Source: a virus. Taken from it: DNA of 64,000 nucleotides. The translations under genes and the position numbers were made by a program. Shown here in pieces: positions 35,871 to 45,577 of the stretch. The DNA lies in the IMG/VR virus record IMGVR_UViG_3300010885_055964, positions 64,001 through 128,000 of that record, one strand, 5' to 3'. Below the pieces are notes generated by a model that did not search any database, was not told the origin of the DNA, and was given only the letters and a program-made list of their open reading frames with translations. Position 1 is the first letter of the stretch, and each line of letters starts with the position of its first letter.

Positions 35871-36242
35871 ATGGCCGCACCAAACGCCAGCGCACCAACA
35901 GCCGTCCGCCTGAAGTCTCTCGCTGGATCGCTGACAACAACGAGCGAAACCGCCATGCTCACGAACGCCGCGAGCAGCGGACTTGCGCAGCGAGTGCGGT
36001 CAATCACGGTTGCAAACAATTCGTCGGCTGGCACAGCCGATGTCACGGTGCGCTACTACGGCGCGGCCAGCGGCGGAACAGCACTGTTCACCATCGGCCC
36101 GCTCACCGTGCCGGTCGGCGGCGCTGGCATCGCGATCGGCTCGGAGAACGTGTGCAATCTCGAAGAGGATCGACGGCTCACGATCCAGGCCAGCGCGGCG
36201 AATTACCTGTCGTGGCTCGTTTCCTATGACGAGGTGTCGTGA
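35871..36242 (+). CDS. small beta-rich virion protein
   Basis: 123-aa, MAAPN start, within the fibre island. Confidence 0.75.
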   Translation: MAAPNASAPTAVRLKSLAGSLTTTSETAMLTNAASSGLAQRVRSITVANNSSAGTADVTVRYYGAASGGTALFTIGPLTVPVGGAGIAIGSENVCNLEEDRRLTIQASAANYLSWLVSYDEVS

Positions 36243-36670
36243 TGCAGCCCGGCGACCAGTGCTGGCGTGACGCCGCGGGCGTCTCGCACCTCGATCTGCC
36301 GTGGCGTGTGGTGTTGCCCGATGGCACCACGCGGACTGACCCTGCACAGTGGTCCGAGGACGCCGACGTTCTCGCCGCGACCGGCTGGACTCGATCCACG
36401 CTCACCGATTCCGATGTGGCGGCCTTGACGCCGCCCGACCCGGAGCCGGTGGGCTGGCTCACGCCCGGCGGCTGGCGGCTCGGGACCACGCCCGAGGACG
36501 TGTCGCGACTGACGGCCGCCTACGTACTCGCCGCCCGCCGCGAGCAGCTGCGGATGCCGCAGGCGATCACCGTGGCCGATACAAACGGCGAGCGGCACGC
36601 CATGACGTTCGCGGAGTTCGATTCGCTGATGCTGGAGTTCGGCGCGGCGATGGAGGCCACAAATGGCTAG
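36239..36670 (+). CDS. fibre-associated hypothetical protein
   Basis: 143-aa, ATGA-coupled. Confidence 0.65.
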   Translation: MMQPGDQCWRDAAGVSHLDLPWRVVLPDGTTRTDPAQWSEDADVLAATGWTRSTLTDSDVAALTPPDPEPVGWLTPGGWRLGTTPEDVSRLTAAYVLAARREQLRMPQAITVADTNGERHAMTFAEFDSLMLEFGAAMEATNG

Positions 36671-37439
36671 GCCAGCCGGCGGGTATATCTCGGGATACAC
36701 CGCACCGACAGTCAACGCCGCCGTAGGCGTGTGGTCGCTGCGTGACACGTTCCAGTTGCAACGCGCCAGCGCGTGGTTAGGCGTTGATCCATACATTGCC
36801 AACGTGCAGCTGCTTCTGCACGGCGAAGGCAGCTCGGTCGTGGATTCGTCGCCGGCGGCTCGCACGGTGACAAGCTACGGCACGGCGGGCGTCAGCGCGA
36901 CGCGATCCAAGTTCGGCGCGCAGTCGCTTTCTACGCCGACCACGTCGTCCGGGTTTTCTGTGCCGCGAACCGCGTCGCTGCTTGTTGGTTCCTCCGACTT
37001 CACGATCGAGGCGTGGGTGTGGGCGTCGTCTGTGAGTCAGTCTGGGACTATTCTCTTCGGTCCGGCCGCGTTTTCGTGGGCAATATATGTCGGGATTGGT
37101 TCGTGGGGATATTACCTCTCTACGAACGGAACCTCATACAACGTCGCTAACGGCACCAGCATGGGGACGCCCATTGCCAGCCAGTGGAACCACATTGCAT
37201 TGGTGCGCAGCGGCAGCACGTTCAGCCCGTACATCAATGGCGTTCGAGGCATTACGGCAACGTCATCGGCTGCAATTGCCGCGCCTACATCAACGGTTGG
37301 CGCAACGGTCGGCGAAGGGTTTGGCGGCACGTACGGCTACGCGGGGCTGTTCATCGACGACGTGAGGCTGACCATCGGGACGGCGAGGTACAGCGGGGCG
37401 TCGTTCACGGTGCCGACGGCCGAGTTTGCGAACCGCTAA
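36663..37439 (+). CDS. LamG/concanavalin A-like lectin domain protein
   Basis: LLLHGEG, DFTIEAWV, WNHIALVRSG..YINGVR, IDDVRLT..ARY..FTVPT. Confidence 0.88.
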   Translation: MARPAGGYISGYTAPTVNAAVGVWSLRDTFQLQRASAWLGVDPYIANVQLLLHGEGSSVVDSSPAARTVTSYGTAGVSATRSKFGAQSLSTPTTSSGFSVPRTASLLVGSSDFTIEAWVWASSVSQSGTILFGPAAFSWAIYVGIGSWGYYLSTNGTSYNVANGTSMGTPIASQWNHIALVRSGSTFSPYINGVRGITATSSAAIAAPTSTVGATVGEGFGGTYGYAGLFIDDVRLTIGTARYSGASFTVPTAEFANR

Positions 37440-37495
37440 AAACACACGTTGACAGCCGTACACACCCGGATAGGTAATGTTTCAACAGGTGGCAC

Positions 37496-37750
37496 ATGGC
37501 ATTATCATTTCCAGCCAGCCCCACAATTGGGCAATCCAGCGTGCAAAACGGTCGCACCTACACATGGGACGGCTACGCATGGAATCTTTCCGGGTCTGAC
37601 ACAAAACACGCTAGCACACACGGCCCGTCAGGCGCCGACCCGATTGCAATTGACGGCAGTCAGGTCACGACCGGCACCGTGACCGACGCGAGGCTATCAG
37701 CCAAAGCGAACACAATGCTCAATTTGTACCTTTGGCAAAACTTCCGCTAG
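37496..37750 (+). CDS. short fibre/anchor protein
   Basis: MALSFPASPTIGQ..NGRTYTWDGYAW. Confidence 0.75.
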   Translation: MALSFPASPTIGQSSVQNGRTYTWDGYAWNLSGSDTKHASTHGPSGADPIAIDGSQVTTGTVTDARLSAKANTMLNLYLWQNFR

Positions 37751-37758
37751 GAGCAATC

Positions 37759-38142
37759 ATGGCAGCATCACCAGCATTCGCAGCCACCCCGCGTATCGGC
37801 TCAGTTTCAATCGCCACGGCAGATTCTAGTTACACAGCGCCCACGAACGTGGGTTCTCTGATCACTGGCGTAGCAGCGGGTACAAAAATCAACGAGATCG
37901 TCTGCAAATGCGCAGCTACGAGCGCGGCAGCAATCGTAAGAATATTTCTTTATGACGGCACGACCTACTGGCTTTTTGACGAAATAACTATCGCCGCCGC
38001 GACCGGCTCGTCCACCGTGCAGCAGACCCGTGTCAGCACGAGCTATAACAACTTGATCTTGCCGACAGCGTTGTGGAGTGTGCGTGTCACAACCAGCGTG
38101 TCTCAGGCGACTCACGTTACCGCTTTTGGGGCAGACCTATGA
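37759..38142 (+). CDS. small beta-rich virion protein
   Basis: ATG 37759 with AGGAG SD, MAASP start, 127 aa. Confidence 0.75.
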   Translation: MAASPAFAATPRIGSVSIATADSSYTAPTNVGSLITGVAAGTKINEIVCKCAATSAAAIVRIFLYDGTTYWLFDEITIAAATGSSTVQQTRVSTSYNNLILPTALWSVRVTTSVSQATHVTAFGADL

Positions 38143-38993
38143 ACAACGGCATTTATGGTCTGGCTACTAATAGCTTGACCGGTGCCTCGACTTTCAGCCT
38201 CAACGGCGTCACTGCACCGGTGGCTGTGCGGGCGTTGACTGTCGCTGGCGGCGGCGGCGGTGGCGGTGCGGCATACGGTGCGCCGGGTGCTGGCGGCGGC
38301 GGCGGCGGAATGCTTGAGCAGACGGTGGTCGTGCAGCTTGGCGTGGCCTACGCGGTGCAAATCGGCGCGGGCGGTGCTGCCGGCACAGGAACGTCTACTA
38401 GTGGTGGTGCTCCGGGCAGTCCCGGCAGTTTCTCGCGGTTCGGTTCGGTGATTGCTATCGGTGGTGGTGGCGGTGCATTTTCCAACGGTGCGCTCTCTGG
38501 TGCAGGATCGCCCGGCGGCAGCGGCGGCGGAACGATCGGTGCTGCCGGATACGCGACGCTTTGCTCTGCGCAGGGCAACGCCGGCGCGACGTTGAGTGGC
38601 GGCGGCGCAGGTGGCGCGGGAGTCTCCGGCTCCGCGTCGCAGCGGGCAGATGGCGGTGCAGGCCGCAGCAGCACCGTGCCTGCGGTGCCTCGCAATTACG
38701 CCGGCGGCGGTGGCGGGGGCGCAGGCACTGGAGTCCCGGGCGCTGGGGCCGGGGTGGACGGCGGCGGCAGCGGCGGCGCGAACTCAGGTACGGCCAACAC
38801 AGGCGGCGGAGGCGGTGGCGGCTCGACCAACGGTGGCTCGGGCGGCAACGGCGGCAGCGGTGTTGTAATTGTGAGGTTCAACAACGCGCTGCTGATGACA
38901 GCTACCTCCGGCCTGACCTACACAACGCAATTCTCTGGCTCGGACGCAATCGTCACGTTCACGGCAGGCACCGGCACGGTCACGTTTTCTTGA
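38139..38993 (+). CDS. glycine-rich fibre tip protein
   Basis: VAGGGGGG..GGGGGG..VQIGAGG..GSGVVIVR; ATG 38139. Confidence 0.8.
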   Translation: MNNGIYGLATNSLTGASTFSLNGVTAPVAVRALTVAGGGGGGGAAYGAPGAGGGGGGMLEQTVVVQLGVAYAVQIGAGGAAGTGTSTSGGAPGSPGSFSRFGSVIAIGGGGGAFSNGALSGAGSPGGSGGGTIGAAGYATLCSAQGNAGATLSGGGAGGAGVSGSASQRADGGAGRSSTVPAVPRNYAGGGGGGAGTGVPGAGAGVDGGGSGGANSGTANTGGGGGGGSTNGGSGGNGGSGVVIVRFNNALLMTATSGLTYTTQFSGSDAIVTFTAGTGTVTFS

Positions 38994-39000
38994 GGCAAGC

Positions 39001-39291
39001 ATGGCTCACTACGCATTCGTTGACGCAGACGGCAACGTGGTGGAGGTGATCGTCGGCCGAGACGAAGGCGAGCTTGGTATCGACTGGGAGCAGTACTACT
39101 CCGAGTTTCGTGGCCTGCGGTGCCTGCGAACTTCTTACAACACACTTAATGGCGAACACACGAAAGGCGGCATTCCGTTTCGCGGAAATTACGCGAGTAT
39201 CGGCATGCGCTACGACGAAGAGCTTGACCAATTTGTGCCGGTTATGCCTGTGGTTATGCCTGTTGTAGAAGGAGGTGATAGGGTCGACTAG
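39001..39291 (+). CDS. small phage protein of the MAH[YF]A..TSYN..FRxNYA.IG..YD type
   Basis: Motif recognised; follows the Gly-rich fibre. Confidence 0.75.
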   Translation: MAHYAFVDADGNVVEVIVGRDEGELGIDWEQYYSEFRGLRCLRTSYNTLNGEHTKGGIPFRGNYASIGMRYDEELDQFVPVMPVVMPVVEGGDRVD

Positions 39292-39315
39292 TATTATCGT
39301 GTACAAATATATTAT

Positions 39316-39948
39316 ATGGGTATACATAAATTTAGCGTTGATACTGGACAGACTAATCCAGACCAATTCGATACTATTTTGACTAGTAATAGGTCAGAAG
39401 TAGAACAAAGACATACTCCATTAGCTATTCATGACAATGAATCAGCCGATATAAGAATGGCTAGGAGGCAAGCAAGGGAGATAATAGACATATCTGGTGC
39501 TGAGGTAACCGTGTACCTTCGCACAGATAATGCCGATTATGATAATGTATGGGATGAAGACCCTGATCCTACTTATTGGAATCCTATTAAATTAAAAGGA
39601 TTTTTTAAACCTCAACCACTAGAAGCTATCCTACAACAGTGGGGTGCTGAGGTTATAAATAAGACAGAAATGACTTTCGATCATTTTGAAATCAGACAAA
39701 TGACTGGTGAAAGGATGATCAGAGTAGGAGATGTTATACAGCTACCATACCGAGCTTCGACAGAAGCGATTAGCCCGAAAAATTATAGAGTATTAAATGC
39801 AACCCCGAGTGGCAATTATAGATACACATGGCTATATCTTACTTGCCAATTAGAGACATTGACTGCAGATCTGACAGTAAGACCAGAACAAGATATGCCT
39901 GAAGAGGAGCAAATAAAGACCAATGGCCAATACAGAGAAAGTATCTGA
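39316..39948 (+). CDS. neck/head-closure protein (T4 gp14-like)
   Basis: REIIDISGAEVTVY..DNVWDED..LKGFF..QQWG..RVGDVIQLP. Confidence 0.75.
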   Translation: MGIHKFSVDTGQTNPDQFDTILTSNRSEVEQRHTPLAIHDNESADIRMARRQAREIIDISGAEVTVYLRTDNADYDNVWDEDPDPTYWNPIKLKGFFKPQPLEAILQQWGAEVINKTEMTFDHFEIRQMTGERMIRVGDVIQLPYRASTEAISPKNYRVLNATPSGNYRYTWLYLTCQLETLTADLTVRPEQDMPEEEQIKTNGQYRESI

Positions 39949-40225
39949 ACAGTTAACCAGGATCAAAGACGGCTTTGATAAATCGAACCACACATTTTTA
40001 ACCCGCTTAATGTCTGGGTTGCAAAAGAGAATAGCCGACACAGTACCTGAATTAGAAGTTACGCCTACTGGTAAACAAGCGACTGTAGGGCATATTCGAG
40101 TTAATATGATTGGAAGTAAGGTAGTCGAAGACGAGACTGTCTTAGCTGACAATCAAAGGAAAATACGTCAATTGATGGATATTATGAAGAACCCGACCGC
40201 TATTATTGGAATAATAGGTGAGTAA
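39923..40225 (+). CDS. hypothetical protein
   Basis: 100-aa ORF between neck and tail-terminator genes. Confidence 0.6.
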   Translation: MANTEKVSEQLTRIKDGFDKSNHTFLTRLMSGLQKRIADTVPELEVTPTGKQATVGHIRVNMIGSKVVEDETVLADNQRKIRQLMDIMKNPTAIIGIIGE

Positions 40226-41019
40226 TGGGGCAGTATGACTGGAGCACTGATTTTTCAGTCAAGGCGGGTGCTAATAATACGGCACCCAATATGGTTCCTC
40301 ATGGGTTAACAGAAGTACCTTCAATCAGGCAGATGAGCCACGCTGAAGGAGGACGAAACCCATTTGATGGTACAGATTTTTTGTCTTATCCTAGCCATGT
40401 TGAAGAGTTTCTTCAACCAGGGTTTAGGTCTTTAGATGATGCGATGAAGCAATATTGGTCAGGCATTAGAGTGCCGACAAAAGACACTTATAGGTTTATG
40501 AGAGTAAAGATAGCAGGAGGTGATAAGAGCTTATTAATATGGAGCGATGATCTTAAAGAGGGAAGAGCCAGATTACCACTGGCTGCTATAAGTAGAGAGG
40601 GAGCTGAATTCAATCCCGAGAAGTATAGTCCTAACATATTGCCTATGGCATTACGTTATTTGGGCAGAAGAGGAGATTTGGCCGCACTAATTTACAGGCC
40701 TTCACCCTGGTTAGTTAATTATAAAATAATTATATGGGCCGAACACAAAAGAGATGCAGAATATATATTATATCAAACATTGACTAGATTCAATCCACTA
40801 GCTGAATTCAAGATGTATGATGGTAAATTACAGGGAAATATACAGCTGAGGTTCACAGGATCGACTGATGCAAGTGATAAAGAATCGGGATATGATCAGC
40901 ACGCAAAAGTAAGATATGAGATTGGTTGCACAGCCGAAGCTTGGCTACCTCTTCCAGAAAAGATAGTGAAGACTGTGCTTGGCAAAACAGTTAGCCTCAA
41001 AGAGACCTACGCTCAATAA
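40225..41019 (+). CDS. tail terminator / sheath stabiliser (T4 gp15-like)
   Basis: ARLPLAAISR..FNPEK..PSPWLVNYKIIIWAEHKRDAEYILYQ..RFNP. Confidence 0.78.
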   Translation: MGQYDWSTDFSVKAGANNTAPNMVPHGLTEVPSIRQMSHAEGGRNPFDGTDFLSYPSHVEEFLQPGFRSLDDAMKQYWSGIRVPTKDTYRFMRVKIAGGDKSLLIWSDDLKEGRARLPLAAISREGAEFNPEKYSPNILPMALRYLGRRGDLAALIYRPSPWLVNYKIIIWAEHKRDAEYILYQTLTRFNPLAEFKMYDGKLQGNIQLRFTGSTDASDKESGYDQHAKVRYEIGCTAEAWLPLPEKIVKTVLGKTVSLKETYAQ

Positions 41020-41093
41020 TTCGCATCGCATCTTGCGTTCTTGTTCAACAGTCGTCTCAGATCGGGTCGAAGATCCTAAGAAGGAGTGATCAG

Positions 41094-41357
41094 ATGGTAA
41101 AAGCTCAAAAGTCACATGTCATCAGAGTCTATAACAATAGTAAGCAGCTAATCCAGCTTCATATGAGGCCACCAGGAGGTGATTTTTTCACCAATGAATC
41201 ACAGGTCAGAATATTACCGGGTATGGAAGTATTGTTACCAAAGACACATTGCAGACAAGATCAATTAGATAATCTGTCAAAAAAGGGTTTCATTAAGATC
41301 ATCTATGACAGTCAAGCTGTAGCTGATAGACAAGAAGCAGCAATAAACGGAAATTGA
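41094..41357 (+). CDS. small probable virion protein
   Basis: AAGGAG SD; sits between the gp15-like and sheath genes. Confidence 0.75.
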   Translation: MVKAQKSHVIRVYNNSKQLIQLHMRPPGGDFFTNESQVRILPGMEVLLPKTHCRQDQLDNLSKKGFIKIIYDSQAVADRQEAAINGN

Positions 41358-41409
41358 CAACGTCAAAAATAAGTGTAGAAGCCAACCTAGAGGGATGGAG
41401 TAATAAAAG

Positions 41410-44268
41410 ATGGCAGTATACTTAAGTCCAGGTGTCTTTCCTCGTGAGATAGACCTGAGCGTTCTTCCTACAGCCATTGGCCCGCTGAGGCCCGCTTTCA
41501 TAGGGACAGCCAATAAAGGCCCTATGAATGAACCTAGACTGGTGAGCAATGCTACACAAGCATTGGAGACATTCGGTGAACCGAAGTCAGACAGCTATTT
41601 GATGTATGCAGTATTGGCTTACCTTGAGGAAGGTAACGCTGCCTATGTCATGCGAGTTGGTGTAGAGTTAGAGGAAGGCCAGCCTACCGAATTGTCTGAC
41701 ATATGCATCGATACATCAGGTGGTCGTGTGCAAGGTTGGGGTCGTATCCCACTGTTCACTGGCATTGACTATGGCCGTATAAACCTTAGACGAGTTGGTG
41801 ATGGCACTAATGGAGTATTGCCTTTAGATTTTCATCCGGCATCAACCTCATCTGTCGTTTACAATGATGCCGATTTGTCTGGCACCAATGGTCCGACGTC
41901 TGCTAGTGGCACTGTCTCAGGCACCTATACTGGTGACATTGACGATTCTTGGGTTATGGTAATAACGGGAGCACCAGACTCAGGTGAGTCTCTGGTGGGT
42001 GCGACATACGAAATTGTTCGTAACAGCGACGGTGTTATAGTAGCGCTGGGTACACTCGCTGATGCTAATAACAATGGTACATCTGACTCGATATCCATTG
42101 GCGATGGCCTGTCAGTGACAGTTACAGTCGCGTCTGGAGAGTTAGATGAAAACGATACTTTGACGTGGGGTGCAGCACCAGATAATAGAGATTTGGAAGT
42201 CTCTGTGGAAGGTGCATCACCTAACTCGTACACGATGCCGACTGCCACCTACACTTCAGTGACTGACTTCGTAGATGCAGCTAACGCATTACTGTCAGGT
42301 GAAGATTACTTGTTCATTGAGTATACATTAGATGACGGTGAGACAGTAATCCCTCAGATTATTACCACCATCGCTGGTGATAGAGTCCAACTGGCTGGTT
42401 CTGCTGCCTTTGCTCTGGAAGTAGGAACCAGACAGTACGCATGGGATATACCCCGTGGATATCTGTTAGGTCTTGATTCTGGTCCGCATAACATCACGAC
42501 CCAGAACAACAGGGTCAAAATCAATATGATAGGAGAGAGCAGCACTACAGAGGTAGTGTTCAATCTGCCTGTCGGCTTGAGCCAGACGACCGAGTCACTG
42601 GCATCGGTAATAGATGCTGCCGGGGTGGTAGCTGGAGAGGTGTTGTGGAACTCGTACGCACTAACTGTGCCAGGTAATGAATCACATCTGGTGATTGAGG
42701 CATCAGTAGGCAGACAGTCTAATACAATCCAGCTTAAGTCAGATTATTCGAACCTACGGACGTTAAGGTTTGCCGAGCAAGTCAACATACCTTATCCTTA
42801 CCGTAAGTCTTACCGAGGATATAACGACGGTAGAGTCTCTTTGCCAGAAGCTGGCGAGAATGATCCGGCTACCCCTTTGTCATGTGAAACCGATCCTCTT
42901 GCTTCAGATTGTGCTGCTGACGCTGCTTATTTTTCTAACATAGTTGGATGGTTAGTAGCACCAACTCCAGGTACGTGGGTCGGCGGATATTCGGCCTCGC
43001 TTGAGGTATTTACTGATGGTGTTGGTGACACCTCCGGCAGATACACGTTAGCCATCAAGGACCGTAACAACCAGCCAGTGGATGTGGTCAGAGATATCAC
43101 TTTTGATAAGAGGGACGCACGCTATATTGGTAACGTGGTTAATCCTGGTACGAGTCTTGGCGGGACTAACGGTAATGCGTGGATCAATTGGGAAGAGAGA
43201 CCTGCTTTCCTTGCAAACAATATCAATGACCAGGCCACGTTTGAGGTAAGACTGCCTTCAGCTTTTAACAAGAAGTCATTCGTTGGACAGGCCGACGGCA
43301 TTCCTTACGATCCGGCGTTCTCGTCAGAGTTGGATTCTGCAGTAATCGGTAACCCAGCATTGGCTACCGGTATCTATGCCTTCCAGAATCCAGAGGCTTT
43401 GGATATCAATTTGCTGCTAACTCCTGGTTTTTCGACTGGTGCTGTCATCGGCACTGCATTGCAAATGTGTGAAAGCCGAGGCGATGTACTTTACATAGTT
43501 GATCCTCCATTCGGTCTCAGGCCTCAGCAGGTAGTTGACTGGCACAATGGGATGTTACTGTCCGACTTGAAAGCAGCCGTTAATAGCAGTTATGGTGCTC
43601 TTTATTGGGGTTGGATACGGTACTTTGACCAGTTTGCCTCTGAAGAAATCTGGATCCCGCCAAGTGGCCACGTAGCAGGCGTCTTTAGCCGCACGGCTAG
43701 AGAAGCTGAGCAATGGTTCGCACCTGCTGGCTTGCGGCGTGGTAAACTGTTGACTGCACTAGATGTAGAATACTCGCCCACGCAGGGAGAGAGAGACCTA
43801 CTGTACGGCTCTGGTAATGCAGTAAACCCGATCGTCAAGTTCCCCCAGGATGGCATCACGGTCTGGGGTCAGCGGACTCTGCAGAGATCTGAGTCAGCGA
43901 CTGGACGAGTAAACGTCAGGATGCTTTTGATCGGTATCAAGAAGAATCTGACGCGGCTGCTGCGAAACTTCATCTATGAGCCGAATGACAGAATCCTTTG
44001 GCGGCAGGTATTGGCGACTGTTGATCCATACCTTGGAGACATCCAGTCTCGTCGCGGGTTGACCGCTTACAAGGTGATTGTTGACGAGACGAATAATACA
44101 CCTGAGCGAATCGATCGTAATGAGTTGTGGGTGTCAGTGTTCCTCAAGCCAACGCGGGCTGTCGAATTCGTCGTACTGAATCTTGTAACACTCCGTACTG
44201 GTGCGAGCTTCTCGGCTGAGGAAGTCTTGGCAGCTGGCGGTATCGTAACTGGGGCTACAGCCGAGTAA
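41410..44268 (+). CDS. tail sheath protein (large, 952 aa)
   Basis: YLSPGVFPREID..FIGTANKGP..FGEP; WIPPSG..WFAPAGLRRG..VNPIV..VWGQRTL..RVNVRML..PTRAVEFV. Confidence 0.97.
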   Translation: MAVYLSPGVFPREIDLSVLPTAIGPLRPAFIGTANKGPMNEPRLVSNATQALETFGEPKSDSYLMYAVLAYLEEGNAAYVMRVGVELEEGQPTELSDICIDTSGGRVQGWGRIPLFTGIDYGRINLRRVGDGTNGVLPLDFHPASTSSVVYNDADLSGTNGPTSASGTVSGTYTGDIDDSWVMVITGAPDSGESLVGATYEIVRNSDGVIVALGTLADANNNGTSDSISIGDGLSVTVTVASGELDENDTLTWGAAPDNRDLEVSVEGASPNSYTMPTATYTSVTDFVDAANALLSGEDYLFIEYTLDDGETVIPQIITTIAGDRVQLAGSAAFALEVGTRQYAWDIPRGYLLGLDSGPHNITTQNNRVKINMIGESSTTEVVFNLPVGLSQTTESLASVIDAAGVVAGEVLWNSYALTVPGNESHLVIEASVGRQSNTIQLKSDYSNLRTLRFAEQVNIPYPYRKSYRGYNDGRVSLPEAGENDPATPLSCETDPLASDCAADAAYFSNIVGWLVAPTPGTWVGGYSASLEVFTDGVGDTSGRYTLAIKDRNNQPVDVVRDITFDKRDARYIGNVVNPGTSLGGTNGNAWINWEERPAFLANNINDQATFEVRLPSAFNKKSFVGQADGIPYDPAFSSELDSAVIGNPALATGIYAFQNPEALDINLLLTPGFSTGAVIGTALQMCESRGDVLYIVDPPFGLRPQQVVDWHNGMLLSDLKAAVNSSYGALYWGWIRYFDQFASEEIWIPPSGHVAGVFSRTAREAEQWFAPAGLRRGKLLTALDVEYSPTQGERDLLYGSGNAVNPIVKFPQDGITVWGQRTLQRSESATGRVNVRMLLIGIKKNLTRLLRNFIYEPNDRILWRQVLATVDPYLGDIQSRRGLTAYKVIVDETNNTPERIDRNELWVSVFLKPTRAVEFVVLNLVTLRTGASFSAEEVLAAGGIVTGATAE

Positions 44269-44283
44269 CAACGGGAGTCAAAG

Positions 44284-44862
44284 ATGCCAGGTTTTAACAT
44301 CAACGGTAGTGGTGGCCAGAATAATAACTCGCCAGCACACACTGTCGAAGTGCGTCGTAAGCACCGTTGGCACTTCGAGACACTAGGTCGCGGAACGGGT
44401 AACTGGTCGCAGACAGAGCTATTGATGCTCCAGTCTGCTTCACGTCCAAGTTTCAAGCTTGAAGAGCCGGAAATGCACCACAACCAAGAGATAGTGCGTT
44501 TTGCTGGCAAACAGAGTTGGGAGCCAGTTACTCTCAAGTGGTATGATGGTGAGCAGAATCCAGACATATCTAAGGGGATATATCACTGGATTGAGACTGT
44601 GGTGAATATGCAGTCGATCCAAGTCGCTCACCCACGTAATTATAAGAAGCAAGCATCATTGGTAGTGACTGATGGTACTGGTCAGACCAATGAGCGGTGG
44701 TCAATGTATGGCACATGGCCCACCGCAGTCAACTGGCAAGAGCTGGATTATTCAGCGACAGAATTGTTGACGTGCGAAGCCACCATGAGATACGATAGAG
44801 CGGTTAGAGACTGTGTCCAGTCCCCAGGGCCACGGACCATATCTCCAAGCTGCCCTAATTGA
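44284..44862 (+). CDS. tail tube protein (gp19-like) 1
   Basis: SASRPSFKLEE..FAGKQSWEPVTLKWYD..WSMYGTWPTAV..ELDYS..TMRYD. Confidence 0.9.
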   Translation: MPGFNINGSGGQNNNSPAHTVEVRRKHRWHFETLGRGTGNWSQTELLMLQSASRPSFKLEEPEMHHNQEIVRFAGKQSWEPVTLKWYDGEQNPDISKGIYHWIETVVNMQSIQVAHPRNYKKQASLVVTDGTGQTNERWSMYGTWPTAVNWQELDYSATELLTCEATMRYDRAVRDCVQSPGPRTISPSCPN

Positions 44863-44892
44863 TTTGGTTATCGCGATTACCATCAAACACAA

Positions 44893-44927
44893 AGAAAAGG
44901 CCCCGCATTTAATGCTGGGCCTTTTCT
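44893..44927 (+). terminator. intrinsic terminator
   Basis: AGAAAAGGCCC-c-GCAT-tta-ATGC-t-GGGCCTTTTCT. Confidence 0.85.
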
Positions 44928-44940
44928 ATAGGTGAACAAT

Positions 44941-45567
44941 ATGCCAGGATTCAATATAGCTACTGATAAAGCCATCAATTGTCCGGCCAACGACAGTAAT
45001 TTAACTAATACGCCAATATATCAAGGGCCTTCATATACTGAAGAAACAGCGAGGAGCTATAGATATAAGCTTGAAGTGTTAGAGCCATTAGGAACTACTA
45101 CAGGAAACGGAATATTGTTGTTTCTCGAGAAATGTACAAGACCCACACCTGAGGTAGATGAGATAGTAATACATAGTGGGCAGGATGAGATTATTAGACC
45201 AGGTAAAAACAGATGGAGTCCGATCGAATTTACTTTCTATGAGAAGCTGTCAGGAGCAGCCTCAGAAGATGGTGGATCCCCAATAGATTCCGTAGCAGAA
45301 AAGATCTACGAATGGTGGGGGTCTTCTATGATAGATTTAAAAACCTCATCGCACCGCCCAGTAACCGATTACTATAAAAGAGCTGAATTATCTATGAAGG
45401 ACGGATATGGTAATGATGTGTGGACATACTATCTGTATGATTGCTGGCCTGTTAAGGTCACACCAGGTAATCTAGATTATGCTGATAGTCAGATTGCCCG
45501 TATAACTGTGACATTGAGATATAATAAAGCACAAGAGCAGAAGAATAGTCATTCCAATACTATTTAA
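44941..45567 (+). CDS. tail tube paralogue 2
   Basis: CTRPTPEVDE..PGKNRWSPIEFTFYE..LYDCWPVKV..LDYA..TLRYN; ATG 44941. Confidence 0.85.
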   Translation: MPGFNIATDKAINCPANDSNLTNTPIYQGPSYTEETARSYRYKLEVLEPLGTTTGNGILLFLEKCTRPTPEVDEIVIHSGQDEIIRPGKNRWSPIEFTFYEKLSGAASEDGGSPIDSVAEKIYEWWGSSMIDLKTSSHRPVTDYYKRAELSMKDGYGNDVWTYYLYDCWPVKVTPGNLDYADSQIARITVTLRYNKAQEQKNSHSNTI

Positions 45568-45577
45568 GGAACAGAAT

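Larger units (their letters stand above)
34100..39290. other. GC-rich island of fibre/receptor-binding genes
   Basis: Visibly much higher GC (roughly 60%+ by eye) than the flanks; boundaries approximate. Confidence 0.8.

Noticed and set aside
35398-39049. Many long alternative-frame and antisense ORFs in the island (e.g. 34959, 36224, 36349, 38561)
   Set aside because: Expected shadow ORFs of GC-rich, Gly/Ala-rich coding DNA; the plus-strand gene chain already tiles the region
39238-39270. 12-bp tandem repeat encoding PVMPVVMPVV
   Set aside because: Small in-frame duplication at the island edge; likely neutral
31915-39291. Diversity-generating retroelement (Mtd-like N-domains)
   Set aside because: No reverse transcriptase and no TR/VR pair differing at adenines was seen
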